A DNA stretch of 47,938 nt, counting the filler, from Catajapyx aquilonaris (lineage: Eukaryota), in NCBI GenBank assembly GCA_000934665.2. It is 2 parts of 2 records of this genome, joined end to end, with 100 filler letters (N's around TTAATTAATTAA, not from the genome) between each part and the next. Parts side by side here need not be neighbours in the genome. Positions count along the whole stretch, not along the records: positions 1 to 23,924 come from JYFJ02005599.1; positions 24,025 to 47,938 come from KZ539381.1. One strand, 5' to 3'. This document shows positions 11,874-24,513 of the stretch, one piece after another (the first letter of the stretch is position 1; every line of letters begins with the position of its first letter). Made by a program: the position numbers and the translations under genes. The notes beneath the pieces are model-generated. The model did not search any database and was not told the origin of the DNA. It saw only the letters and a list, made by a program, of their open reading frames with translations.

Positions 11874-13408
11874 GGGGTCCTAGCCTTGGTCTGGGATTTG
11901 GGATTTTTGTTCATAAATAGCTAGCCCGTAGACACACATTCCATCACTCTGTTGCATCAAAATGACTTTACTGGATAAATTACGGAACATTTAAAAAGTG
12001 CCACCAAAATTTGTGGGAAAAACGGGGCGTGGCTTCTGAGCCGAGTGGTGCCAATTGAAGAGTACACTAAAATACCTGGTTGACTGCGAGAGATGAGGAA
12101 GTTGATTTTGAATTTACCGCAGACAAGACGGAAAACATTTGCATGGTGGCGGTAGGCCATTGAGATGGAGGAAGGGGACCTGCTGGGATCACTGCCGGGG
12201 AATCATATGCCTGAAGTGCATTGAGCGGCTTAGAGTAAAAACGCGCCTCGGGCCACCAACTTGTTTATACAGGGTGATTCTCTCGAATGGAAACCCAAAC
12301 ATTCCTCAATAACTTTTTAACTATGGTATGGTTCCCGATGAAAATTGACTTAGTACTTACCTTGTACCATGCCAAACAAGGTCCGACTAAAGAATATACC
12401 AAAAGTGGTCCCCTCCAGCATCCATGAATTTTTTAATGCGAGTCTGCATCTTTACCAAAGACTCCTGCCTACTGGCGGCGTGCATTGCCTCCATCTCCCG
12501 CCAGCCAAGCGCCGTAAAGGGGTTCACAACTAACTGACGGTAGCATACGAAACGAACGAAATGAAATAGTGGACCAATCAGAGCCCACTTGAGGATGACT
12601 AAAAGTGACTTTCACTTTTGGGCTCTGATTGGTCCACTATTTCATTTCATTCGTTTCGTATGCTACCGTCAGCTAGTTGTGAACCCCCTTACGGCGCTTG
12701 GCTGGCGGGAGATGGAGGCAATGCACGCCGCCAGTAGGCAGGAGTCTTCGGTAAAGATGCAGACTCGGAACATTAGAAAATTCATGGATGCTGGAGGGGA
12801 CCACTTTTGGTACATTCTTTAGTCGGACCTTGTTTGGCATGGTACAAGGTAAGTACAAGTCAATTTTCATCGGGAACCATACCATAGTTAAAAAGTTATT
12901 GAGGAATGTTTGGGTTTCCATTCGAGAGAATCACCCTGTACTATCTTCCACCTGTTGCTGCTGGACGTGCATCTGCTCCTCCCTGCTTTGTCAGTACCGT
13001 ACTGTCCGTACGTTGTGTACCTTCGGCATATCCGGCTGCCGTTCGTCTCGTCACATACCACATCTCGCAATAGAGCCAGGATTTGAGAAGGCTACCTCAA
13101 CCAACCTTCTGGACCCTCTGAACCAAGCTCTGCGAGGATCTGGGCCGGACATGCACTCACATGCACACACAGGCACCAGGAATAGGACGGCCGCTTACAA
13201 CAACGAACCATTTTACGACCATGCCGGGGCGCGTTCTGTAACATCATTCTTGCCTTCATTTCACTTTGCGTGAGGCAGCATTTCCTACCAAAAAAACACT
13301 AATAGCTCTGGAACTGAAGCTGATTTCTTAAAACTGAATACGCCAAAAATATCCCCCAAAAAAAGGGCGAATTTATGATGTAGTTTCTAAAATGTATGCT
13401 AGGACCGC
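11874..13408 (-). mobile_element. AT-TSD DNA transposon, copy 2 (interrupted by a mariner MITE)
   Basis: AT|GGGGTCCTAGCC ... GCTAGGACCGC|AT. 11880-12180 and 13220-13395 are reverse complements of parts of 8064-8737. Confidence 0.7.
12270..12938. mobile_element. Tc1/mariner-type foldback MITE
   Basis: TA|CAGGGTGATTCTCTCG ... CGAGAGAATCACCCTG|TA. Arms are about 315 bp with a loop of about 30 bp. Confidence 0.9.
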
Positions 13409-13799
13409 ATTCCAATGGAAATGAGACATGATCCAAAAATGAAGTCGCGTAGTGTGGGATGTTAGATGGCTTATTGAAAACAGATCATTATGTCATTTTG
13501 TCAGATGTAGTAGGTGTAGCAACGTTCTGCTACCAGATGACAGCAGAACCATGGAAAAGTCAAGATATAATAGATGTAACTGGCGCAACTTTTGACCGTT
13601 TGTTGCGTCAGTTACTTTAATCCTAATTTCTCCTGAGAACATGAACATGAATAGCCGTGGTCTAAAATAATCACAAAATTGCTCCTCGAGTGTAGATCAC
13701 ATTTCAGTTGTAACAATACTTCTAAACACATTCAGCTCACAGGGTTTCACGTTACTACAGCACCCTCCCAAAGAGCTTGTCTTTTTCTTGTTGGTCAGG

Positions 13800-13903
13800 T
13801 ACTATATCGCCCAAAAAGATAGAGACGATTTTGCATTTGACTCAAGTGCAAGTTGCACTTGAATCAAATGCCAATCGTCTCTATCTTTTTGAGCGATATA
13901 GTA
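13800..13903. mobile_element. Loopless palindrome of about 100 bp (TA-flanked miniature MITE)
   Basis: tactatatcgcccaaaaagatagagacgat...tgcaagttgca...atcgtctctatctttttgagcgatatagta. Confidence 0.75.
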
Positions 13904-14048
13904 CATTATGTAAATATTTTACAGAGTCCATTCAAGTTACTGTTGCGAAAATCTAAAAATATGGCAATAAGCTACCAGGAGGCAGCCACATGGGAATAAT
14001 TTTAAATTCCTTGTCCATTAATATTTACCATTGCAATAAATATAAGGA

Positions 14049-17000
14049 GGGGAGACCGGGGCACAATGGCTACAGGGCACAGTGCGGCAGAATCGGATAA
14101 AGCTGGCCAAGAACGAAAAATGCGAACTTTCTTTGAGATAATAAAGGAGGATCTTACCACAATCGAAAATGTCCAACCTATCAGACTGTCGAATATTTTC
14201 GACATGGGTTCCTTTGTTACGCCACAGTAACGTGTCAAACATGGGAGATTTTACGCTTCCTGTATCACAGGCAAAAGTAGCACCAAATAATATTTCATTG
14301 ATTCCGAAATGTGCGATACGGAATGTAAAGAAACATATGTGACAACATTAAGTATTGTGGGCTCTTTCTGTCCAATATTATGATATTTTTAAATCTTCCA
14401 TTATAAAGGCACAAAAAATTCAGAAGATAGCGATAATTTAACAGTGACATTTTCACACAAAGTTAGGCCTACAGTCCTTTCACCGCCTCTCTCCGCGACT
14501 TTTTGGTCAGTGGGTGATGGCCAATGTTATGGTTGAGCTTGCTCAGGCAAAAAGTATTGCACATGTTTGCACATAAGGATAAACGACGTATCTTTGCTCT
14601 TGGGTACGAATACGGATCTGCATCCAAAAAAGATGACAGAAGATCTGCGGTTCAATTGTGACCTGGGAAGTGCATGAATTTTCGAAATTGCCATTCAAGG
14701 AGCACATTTAATAGAATGTGCATGTGAATGAGTCATTGGAAGAACATGGCGGCCGTGGATCCAATATATGTATAGAGAGCCATAGTAAAACATACAACTG
14801 AAATCATCCCAAGACAATTTTATTCGGTCAAGGAAGCCATTGAAAATAAATGTGTCCTCTACTTAAAATAACCGAAATTGTTATTTTAAAAATGGCTATT
14901 TGCTCCATGCTATATATCTTACATTGTGAACGGTCGTCATTTTTAAAATAACATTTTCCCGTTGTTTCATGTAGAGGACACATTCGTTTGAATAACTTCC
15001 TACACCAAACAAAATTGACTTGGAATGATTTGGGTTGTATGTTTTACTATGGTTCTCGATACATATATGGGATTCAGTGCTGCCATGTTCTTCCAATGAC
15101 TCATTCACGTGCACATTCTATCAAAATGTGCTCCTTGAATGAAAATCTTGAAAATTCATGCACTTCCCAGGTCACAATTGAACTGGGGACTTCTGACCAG
15201 CTTTTTCCGATTCTGCCGCACTGTGCAGGGGTACAATGGCACAGTCAAATTTTTGAAGAGGCTATTAGGTTCACGGACCTGATGCATATGGCCATTTAAT
15301 ATTTGTCACTCAAGAGTAGGAGGACTAGAAGGGTTTTTAAATGCCAACAGGGCATGATGGCACATTTTGCTTGGGGCACGTCCCTACCAACCTTGGCAGA
15401 CCATGGCGACTATGGCAAACCATGGCAGCCACAACTGCCTCTCCCTTGTCACTTATTAGGCCAGGGCCATGCACTTTTCCCAGTTTCCTGCTACTTTCTC
15501 CTTAGCTGGAGGGCACGATATGTTATCCTGCAGAGCAATTCCAGCCTTACGGATGTTATAATTGCAAGCACAAAAGGGGAAAGATGGCTGCTTCCACGAT
15601 GGTGCATACAAGTGGTGATGAAATGGGTATGGCCAAAGGAACAATAATGATGTGTACTTTCATATACACCATGAACCGACCTCCTACATATACACACGAG
15701 AGGGACAGTCACGTTATTGTGCGCGTTACGGACGTTACCTGATTTGAACACTCTAATACGAGGGGGGTTAAAGTATATGAAATTCCTGCGAATTATGTAA
15801 GGTTATGGCACTTTCTTCCATAAGGTCCATTGCAAGAACGGTGTGTTCGTATAATGAATTGACTCGTAGAGCAATTGCAGCCATAGTTCGCCAACAATGG
15901 ACAAAATGTTCCTGCGTTACTGACGTTATGCTGGCGATATGGACGTTTTCGGCTCGACACAGGCATAACCACATTACTAAACAGGCTTGAGAAATCGATT
16001 CGTGTTCTAGCACTTTTCGGTGTGGAACGCGAAAATGACGATTAAATTATTTTATTGTCATTTTCGTGTTCAGCACCTCGAAGTTAGTCAAGATTGGCTA
16101 TTTTCATTTGATAAATCTTGTGTGTTGCCCAGTGTAATGGACACTGTAATGGAGGGTAATAATTTAAACCAAAAACATACATTCGTCATCAATCATGTCA
16201 GCAAGCTACTAATAAGGACAATGTGCATCATGACATGCTAAAATGTGCATGGCATACAAAAATATGTGACATAAAAATGTGACATACAAACATGCTGTAG
16301 TGCTGTACTGTGTCAGCTGCTTCTCCGACTCTTGTGCAAAGATGAACCTGCAAAGCCTTAATAGACAGTGCATCTACTCTAGTTGACTGCTCCGTGAGTT
16401 AGTGAAGTGATGGTTGCCTTATTGCATTGCATTTGATTTCCGTCTTTAATTGCTGCATTTGAATTGGCATAATATGGTGGCATTGTGTAGTCTTGATCAT
16501 GTTCATAACGTTTATTTGTTTTGGATGCAGTTAGATATTGAGCAAGTTCCGATACGTACGTAACAGCTCACGTCCGTAACGCACATTTGCCCATTAATCG
16601 ACATTAATTTCAGGATATTGTGTCATCATATCGGAGTCACATCGGAGTTAGATCCGCTGCCGTTTTAGGGCCGACATTGGCCATAGACTGGCTAGATCTG
16701 CCAAGCTATGCTGAGTTTCGCGACTATGGGCCAATATCGTGCCAATCATGGGCCGTTTTGTTGGGCTACCTGGGTCATTTCCCTTGATGATCCAAAATTA
16801 GATACGTCGAATGGTGGCGATCGACAACTTAACCCTCCATGTGACAGGAACTTTGTTGTGTTCGCGTTACGGACGTTATCCGTTCTAGGGAGGGATGACT
16901 GTTTATTATTGGTCCGTGTAGCTCTGGAAATATTTAATCTTGTTTTTCCGCATGTACATTTGCACAGTGATGATCGTAGATAACTATTCTGCGCGGATAC

Positions 17001-17583
17001 ATCTGAGCAAGTCACATGAGCAAATTGCAACAGCCGTTTCTTTATGTGCTTCCTCCGGGAGCTTGTGCACCCATGCAAAATGAGTGACATATGCACATTG
17101 TCTCCACACCTTCACACATGTACGAAATGAGAGTGTCTGTGTACTGCAATTAAATGTGGACTATGCCGTTTGTAAGTGCAGAGAAAATTTTCTCCTAACA
17201 TAAATTTTTTTCCATCGCTGTCATGTTGACATTTTCGTGGAATTGCTCTGCAGGCAAAAAGTTCTGAATGTCTTTGTAACATCTTGGTAATCTCTTGTAA
17301 CTATATGTAGATATGAATTGATAATGTCTGTGGAAGTGATTTTCATATATTATTTCATAAGCCCTACCTTAACCTTATACTACTGTGCTAACATGCCCCG
17401 TGCAGAGGCTTTTTAAATAATTTCTAGTGGATAGCATATCTAAAATGTAAACATATGAAAATATAAGATATATGCTCAAATATCTCAAGTATTTATCAGT
17501 ATAAAAATTACAGTAAATAAGTCTTAACCGGCCTCAGAAAAAAATTAAATGTAAAAAGTGTGCCATCTAGCCCCGGTCTCCCC
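14049..17583. mobile_element. Old TIR element (probably pogo/Tc1-like) carrying nested insertions
   Basis: Perfect 14-bp TIR GGGGAGACCGGGGC ... GCCCCGGTCTCCCC|TA. The left flank is GA rather than TA. Confidence 0.55.
14650..15183. repeat. Diverged foldback inverted repeat
   Basis: gttcaattgtgacctgggaagtgcatgaattttc... pairs with ...gaaaattcatgcacttcccaggtcacaattgaac. Arms are about 245 bp. Confidence 0.8.
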
Positions 17584-18035
17584 TACAGCATGAATCCCTT
17601 TCCAGGTGTTTTGTCAGTTATGGTGGAATTACCCATTGAGATTGTTGTTGAGCAAGTTGTTGTGATATGTTATCACAACAAGAATGTCATGGGAATAGGC
17701 AATTGGTGGGCAAGTTTTGGACCAGATTTCAGCCTCAAACTTGTTGTCCTACCCAATCCTGCCCACTGATACTTTATGAAGCAATACCCTTGGCATTACT
17801 ACTTGGGACAATATATCATACAAATGAATCACACTGTGTAAACATCCTCTCAGTTTTTCAGCACTGATTTCAATAGTGTCAGTGTTCAACAGAATATCAC
17901 CACTTATTGTGGTAGTTTGGTTTCATTTTCATTTCTGGTGACATGAGGCTTGTAGCTTATGGAGAATTAATTGTAAATTGAAATGGTTGGGTAGCATGAC
18001 TAAAGAGGAGACTAATTTATTATGTTATTTTATAG

Positions 18036-18173
18036 GCTCAGGCGATACAAGCATTTGTGTCATCTTCCAACAGTCGCATTAGTGCATATGAGAAGGAACT
18101 AGCCAACTGGAATGCCATGATTCCATTTGAGAAGATGACAATGGAAGACTACAAGGATGCTTTCCCCAAAGAA
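18036..18173 (+). CDS. ATPsynD: Mitochondrial ATP synthase subunit d, next internal exon
   Basis: Acceptor ttatag at 18035, phase 0 (compatible with the previous exon). Encodes AQAIQAFVSSSNSRISAYEKELANWNAMIPFEKMTMEDYKDAFPKE with the conserved P...MTMEDY.DAFP. Donor GTAAGT at 18174. Too short to appear in the ORF track. Confidence 0.93.
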
Positions 18174-18626
18174 GTAAGTTCATTGAAATTATTTTTGTAG
18201 ATTCACACAATAGATGATTAAGCCAATGTAGTGATCATGTGTGGTTTTACTTACAATGATGAAACTATGGAAGTAAGTTTTTTATAGAGTAGCACACTAA
18301 GGAATTCTACGTTTCCATGCTAGAAGTTCAGATAAGTGTCTCTGCAAAAGCATGAGATTGGCCAGAAATAGATGAAAAGTAACAGTCATGGGAGATTCAT
18401 AATGTCACGAGTAAAATGCGAATATGAGCCTTTGCTCATCATGAAAATAGGCAAAATTATGCTGGTGTAATGGGATTCCTCTAATCCCTGCAGTACTGGT
18501 AGTAATTTCATTGCTTGAGATTCTCAATTCCTGGTAAATGACTGGTGGCAGCTATTTCAATCCAAAAGTTGACTTTCATATACCTTGCTGAATTCCTCTC
18601 CCTCTGCCGCTAAAAGGTGTCATGAC

Positions 18627-19717
18627 TAAAGCCCGGATTTTCAGGCAATTGCCTATTTAGTTCCTTTGGTTTTGTGAAGAGATCTTGTCTTTTTCATAAG
18701 TGCAGGATGTGGAAAATGTAGGTTTCATAGTGCCTAAAATTGCTTATGTCAAGGTTTTGGGAACTATTTGGAAGCCTATTCTTGCTTGTTGGGCCTTTTC
18801 ATGCCTATTTGGGCTTTTTTGGGATAGGTTTTGAACTTCTTGTGCCTATTCCGGACCTATTCCTTCAGAGGCATGTTCGTTGCAGAGTATTTTTTGTGCT
18901 CCTGAAAGGGCCAAAATCGTTCAGAAGTATTTAGTTTCACTAATGAAAATCTAGAAAAATATTTGGTAACATACTGTGCAGGTGGGCTATAAGGGGGGGA
19001 TAAGGATAATCGGGACTTCTTCGAGTTCCAACTCTGGCCGAAAGCAGTGGATCCCACCCTCGCTACACAAAAGAAAGGTCACGTGTGCGGTTGACCATTC
19101 CCTCTAGGCACAATAAAAACCGTGAAAATTAGGGTTCCCCCAACTTCTATAGTTCTCAAATCAGTCAAATTTTGACAAAATTATTATTTGCGGAAATGTT
19201 ATAGCTAAATATAAAAATCGGAATCACGGGTCTGGAGCACCTCATTTTTCCGCATTTTTGGGTGTTTGTTACGACATGACTTAAAATTTTACGACGGCGT
19301 AAATTACTCCCGAATGCAAATGACTTTTAAAAATACTATATTAAGAATATGGGAAAAGTACATCACGCATGTGTAAGAGAGAGGTCAGTTACACTTCCAC
19401 AAAAAAAAATCGGTTCTGCTGTTGTTAGTTAGCGAGAACTTTACTCCCAAATTATCTTTATCCCCCCATAAGCGGTAGAGTCCACAGCAAGTGATACTTG
19501 CTTGCACTTTGTCTTTTGCCCAAGTTTTGTGATTTCCTGTCAGTTTATCATTGTTATTCAGTTTTTGCTCGGGTTTGTGACCTTATATTTATACATTAGA
19601 CCTATACAAATGTTGTCTAACTTTTTATTTTCTGTTATATTATTCTCCATACGCCTGCAAAAGAAATTTTTTTGTGCCTGTTTACGGGTATTTTCATGCC
19701 TAAAAATTCGGGCTTTA
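18627..19717. mobile_element. hAT-type non-autonomous element
   Basis: GTCATGAC|TAAAGCCCGGATTTT ... AAAATTCGGGCTTTA|GTCATGAA: 8-bp TSD with 1 mismatch, plus subterminal TGCCTA repeats. Confidence 0.75.
18993..19467. mobile_element. Nested TIR element (Kolobok-like)
   Basis: ATAA|GGGGGGGATAAGGATAAT ... ATTATCTTTATCCCCCC|ATAA. Confidence 0.55.
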
Positions 19718-19929
19718 GTCATGAAGTAGTGATGAGCCGTAATGAACCAAAGTGGATTCGCATGGATCCCATCTCGATCTGGGCTCCATTTGGAATAATT
19801 GAACTCCTCCCTGGAAGAAGGGTGTATGTGCAATTATTGTTTTAAAAGTAGTGAGCCTCCCTGTGAAGGAATGTCCTAGGTGAATGGTACTCTATCCCTT
19901 CTCTACGTAGTCCCCTGGAGTGTGATGTA

Positions 19930-20511
19930 CGAGGGGCATTCGAAAAGTCTTTACACTTAATTTTTTTGCCACAAATACAGTCAGCTCCAGGAGGGTTCCA
20001 TCGATAATGGTTACCTCATTATCAATGGAACCCTCCTGGTGCCGAATGTACTGGCATCATAGGTATGTCAACTTCTCCACGCCCTCCGGGAACCAAGCTT
20101 TGGAGGTGCAGTGCACACACTCCTGGACAACTGCTTCCGGTTCGCAGATGTCCTCAAAATGGCATTGGCAACTGGGTTTTTTCATGGATCCAAACAGGTG
20201 AAAGTCACAGGGGGCCAGGTCCGTGGAGTAGGGTGGGTGTGGAAGCATCCAAACCTGGGTCCATGAAAAAAAAAACCTTCACCAACGCCATTTCGAGGAC
20301 ATTGTTGACTGTGAGCAGTTGTCCGGGAGTGGGCATATGGCACCACAATAAAGTGGTTCCTGGAGGGCCTGAAGAGGTTGACATACCCATGATGCCAGTG
20401 CATTCGGCTTCAGAAGGGTTCTATAAATAATGTGTGCCTACCTGCCAACCTGCAAGGGCCCTGTATTTGTGGCAAAAAAATAAAGTGTAAAGACTTTCCG
20501 AATGCGCCTCG
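19930..20511. mobile_element. mariner-derived foldback element containing the transposase C-terminus in both arms
   Basis: TA|CGAGGGGCATTCGAAAAGTC ... GACTTTCCGAATGCGCCTCG|TA. Minus strand gives LPHPPYSTDLAPCDFHLFG (mariner YSPDLAPxD motif). Confidence 0.9.
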
Positions 20512-21740
20512 TACTTCTCCCAGCAGTGGTCCAGGCTTATAATATGAGATAAAGGCATGTGATTAGTGGCATTTTTTCATTGGTGTTCCTCATACAAACC
20601 ACATGTGTGAGGGGACATTCAGAATCCAGTGCACAATCAGGAACTTCAGTAGAAAGAGTGAAAGCAGTCTTAAGAGAACTGCTCTTTGCACTTGGAATGT
20701 GTGAAGGATACTTTGGAAGAGAACTTCCCCTTTATAGTGTGCGTGAATACTCATGTGGAAAAGGTTGTTCTGAATTGTTCAGATACATGGGCAGACTTAT
20801 GCAGTTAACACAGTTTCCCCTGACGAAAGCCCTGCACAATGAAATTACTGTCAATTCAAGGAAAAGGACCTTTTTAGCAATAATCCCTGGAAGATTCGAT
20901 TTCTTTTTGCCATGTGTTCCCCCACCAGCCAGGAAGGTGAAATTCTAATGCAAAGTAAAGTACTGTAGTACAATAGATGGATGGGAAAATCAGAAAATCA
21001 CCCCCGCTCCAAAATCAGTGCCTTCCTATGCATGGGAAGGTGATGACGGGTAATCAAAAGCAGCATGTTTTCCTACTAAGGGACCAAGAAATGATGAAGG
21101 TGAGGTGAGGTGAAAAATAAATCGGCTATATTGGAGTAAAAATACAAGTATGGACGTATGCAGGAACCAGCCTTTCGAGTCTTGTTATAACTGAGAGTCT
21201 GCTGTAGCCGAGGCTGTTACATCTGGAATCAACTGTAGTAGTACAGTAAAACTTCCATAAGTCGAATCTCAATGGGACCGGGAAAAAACTTCGAGTTATA
21301 GAAGATTCGAGTTAGAGAAGTTTGGAATTTTTAAAGCACATAACTCCATAAGGAAGCCTACCTTTATATCCAGCAACAAAAGGTGTTCAAAACTTAGCAA
21401 TATATGTCACTATCACACTTACAATGTTCCTCGTTGTTTTGTTGCAAAGAAATCTCTGTTATGGACATTTGCCAACTCTTAGATTGGCTCTCACTTTTAA
21501 TAAAGGACCAGGTACAGATGGCATGAGTTATTACTGGTAGACGGACAGGAAATTGAGCCTTTCTGTACATGTGGCCTACTCTCGACCCTTCGGCTGGGAA
21601 ATGAGAAAAAAATTTCCGTACTCGCCAACATGAACTTGGACTTAGGGAGACTGAAAATGCATTGATATCCCATCATAAGGCCCTGCCTGCACTTCAAGTT
21701 ATAATTATTATTGTGGGGGTAGTGCTTCACCTTTCGGCGA

Positions 21741-21909
21741 GGCGAACCGGTTTACTCCCATGTAGCCGCTGGGCCTACGATAGACCGGCCTTATCTGATC
21801 CGTTGTCGGGCGCAGCCCAGGCCTTTTGGATCGGGTGGTCTACCTAAGGCGATGGCCTTGCTTAGGAAGCCTGGGTCAGGCCGATTTTTAGTCCCATGTA
21901 AACGTACTC
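21741..21909 (-). mobile_element. Truncated copy of the GAG..CTC MITE (lacks the SINE C insertion)
   Basis: Reverse complement of 39694-40160 without the SINE insertion. Confidence 0.8.
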
Positions 21910-21919
21910 ATTGAGAAGC

Positions 21920-22116
21920 GCCTGGGCCCATGGGCAGGATGACAGGAGGGGATGTGCAAGGTGCAGTGCATCTGACACTGTGGCCATTTTTAGTGAACTC
22001 CCCCGGGTGGTTTAGTCTTGTGGAAATACCACCCGAGACAAAGCCAGAGGTGACCCTGAACTCTGCACGAGATGAAGGGGGTGGCCCCGGGTTGGGATCG
22101 AACCCGGGACCTTAAC
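21920..22116 (-). mobile_element. tRNA-derived SINE family B, truncated copy
   Basis: Near-identical to 36050-36250. B box GGTTCGATCCC on the minus strand. Confidence 0.8.
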
Positions 22117-22739
22117 GTCCCTAAGTCGAAGTTCTCGATAAGTCGAAGAAAATGATGAGCTTGGTTGGTCACAATGTAAAATAATAGGAAATAAACTTCC
22201 CTAACTCGAAGTTCTCCATAACTCGAAGTGCAGGCAGGGCCTTACCATGGGATATCAATGCATTTTCAGTCTCCCTATGTCGAACTTCATGTTGGCGAGT
22301 ACGGAAAATTTTCTCGTATTCCAGCCGAAGGGTCGAGAGGAGGCAACATGCACAAAAAGACTCAATTTCCTGATCTCCGTCTACCAGACATACCGAAATA
22401 AGTGTTTGACTCGATTGTGACAATTGAATCCTTGAATCTAAGAGTAGGCAAATGTCCATAACGGAAATTCTTTGCAACAAAACAATGAGGAACATTGTAA
22501 GTGTGATACTGACAGATATTGTTAAGTTTTGAACACCTTTTGTCGTTGGATATAAAGGTAGGCGTCCTTATAGAGTTATGTGCGTAAAAAATTCCAAACT
22601 TCTCTAACTCGAATCTTCTATAACTCGAAGTTTTTTTCTGGTCCCATGGTGATTCGACTTATAGAAGTTTTACTGTATGTGCGATATTGAACACTTACAA
22701 GGGAATGACCAAGGTCGGTCACCTCTGATTTGATTGAAA

Positions 22740-23002
22740 CTCGCTTGAGGGGCCACTTATGTGCAATAGACACGGTGGTGAAAGTCCTAGGTGCCACTAT
22801 CTATCCGTTTCCGAGATATGGCTCATATGAGTGACAGAAACATGAGAATTTTAGCCACGCATATAGGGGCCTTGCACTTGTCCCTTCCCGCCTGACACCT
22901 GTAGGCTACGTGCCGCCAAATATCGGATGTGTCTGTCACTCATATCTCGGAAACGGCTGGACAGTGGTAGCTAGGACTTACATGAGTGACCCCTTGAGCG
23001 AG
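22740..23002. repeat. Diverged foldback inverted repeat
   Basis: ctcgcttgagggg...aagtcctag...ccgtttccgagatatg...gagtgacaga pairs with tctgtcactcatatctcggaaacgg...ctaggactt...ccccttgagcgag. Confidence 0.65.
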
Positions 23003-23084
23003 ATATAGGAGTCGAAAGGTCAAAAATGGGACACTTCATGAAAGGCCCTGAGAAAGCTATCATCAGTGCTATCGGCGATATTTT

Positions 23085-23743
23085 TGGTCCGAAGGGCCAG
23101 CAACGATCAGTTTTGGAGATGTCAACCTTTGACATGGACGACGTCCATCCTTGCAAATGTGGATACCCCTGTACCGTGCCCTGCATTAATGGCTATGCAC
23201 ATACATCGCCACCTGTCCGAAAACAAGCGGAATTAGGCGTCGGTGGGTTGCATCCAAAATACTTGGAGAGCTCAAGATATTGCGGTGGATTCAAATGCTT
23301 GCTACAAAGATGGATCACAGCAGATCACAGATATATCTGTGGGATGAATTATAAGGCCATTGCGATTCCTATCAATGTATTGAGGTTGTGAACCAGTTAT
23401 TACACGGACCACGTGAATGCCTGGTAATCCACCACGATATCTAGAGCGGTCTCGTGAGCAGTCTTGAGATCAAAGTGTTTTGGGCAGAGCCCACCGACGC
23501 CTAGTTCCGCTCAATCCCGCCAGGTGGCGATGTGTGTGCATAGCCATTAATGCAGGGTACTGTACATGCCTGCATTGCTTGTGGCTGGAGCCAGTGGCTC
23601 TCACCCCCAAACCGTAGCTCAACTGCCTGGCTCCGGCAACCAGCAATGCAGGCAAGGGTATCTACATTTGCAAGGATGGACATTGTCAGTGTCGAAGGTT
23701 CAATGACTTCTCCAAAACGGATCGTCACTGTCCCTTCGGACCC
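23085..23743. repeat. Diverged foldback with a hairpin of about 87 bp inserted in one arm (about 23567-23654)
   Basis: ccctgcattaatggctatgcaca...catcgccacctg pairs with caggtggcgatg...tgtgcatagccattaatgcaggg. The tgcctgcattgc...gcaatgcaggca insert is present only in the right arm. Confidence 0.7.
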
Positions 23744-23924
23744 CATTCCTGGCTTCTTTCATAATACGCACACCCTACCACTTGTTGAAAATACAGTTTT
23801 TAAATCCCCTTCCCATCTCACCCCCCTTAAGGTAGTTCTTGCGCTAAGTCCATTCATTGACAATTTCGTGAAAATCACACCATCCATTCCTGGGCATGTC
23901 GCACATGCGCCTGTGAAGTTTCAA

Positions 23925-24024
23925 NNNNNNNNNNNNNNNNNNNNNNNNNNNNNNNNNNNNNNNNNNNNTTAATTAATTAANNNNNNNNNNNNNNNNNNNN
24001 NNNNNNNNNNNNNNNNNNNNNNNN
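23925..24024. other. Assembly gap or linker: N44-TTAATTAATTAA-N44
   Basis: Exactly 100 nt, with a central 12-mer that places stop codons in all six frames. Confidence 0.9.
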
Positions 24025-24513
24025 GGTGCAATTGCCCGATTGCCCCCCCCCCCCTCCCCTGGATCCGCGCCTGATCCTAAGACTGCTAGTGCGATCACAT
24101 CGCGCATTCCATCATTTTGGTCCAGGCCACAGAACAAAACAATAAAACATGGGCACATTGGTGTCGCGGATGGAACAATACAAAGTTGGCCATTATTATT
24201 TTTATTGCTAATTTCATTGATGAAAATGAACGAAACACCTTTTGGTCTTGTGCAAAGGTGATGCCAATAATGAAATTGGGCTGACAAAAGTAAACAGTCT
24301 ATATAAATTACAACAACCAGCAAAACTGTATACTTATGTAACGAGACGTTCATACTTAAATCGGAGCGAAGGTTAATTACACTGAACAGGTATCGGAATT
24401 AAAACGATTTATAAATGCTTCATAATAATTATGATGTGGCAACATTGTGACACGTTCCTCTTTTGGCTTAGTGCAGATTTGGAAGGTAAGGATATTTTTG
24501 TACTTGGTGTAAG

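Larger units (their letters stand above)
21244..22675. mobile_element. pogo/Tigger-type foldback element with SINE and MITE fragments in its loop
   Basis: TA|CAGTAAAACTTC ... GAAGTTTTACTG|TA. Arms are about 455 bp, with repeated TTCGAGTTA motifs. Confidence 0.88.

Noticed and set aside
24040..24261. PSFWSRP as the last ATPsynD exon
   Set aside because: It lacks the LDP and FWPH motifs and a good acceptor, and it lies beyond the linker next to a MITE-like end.
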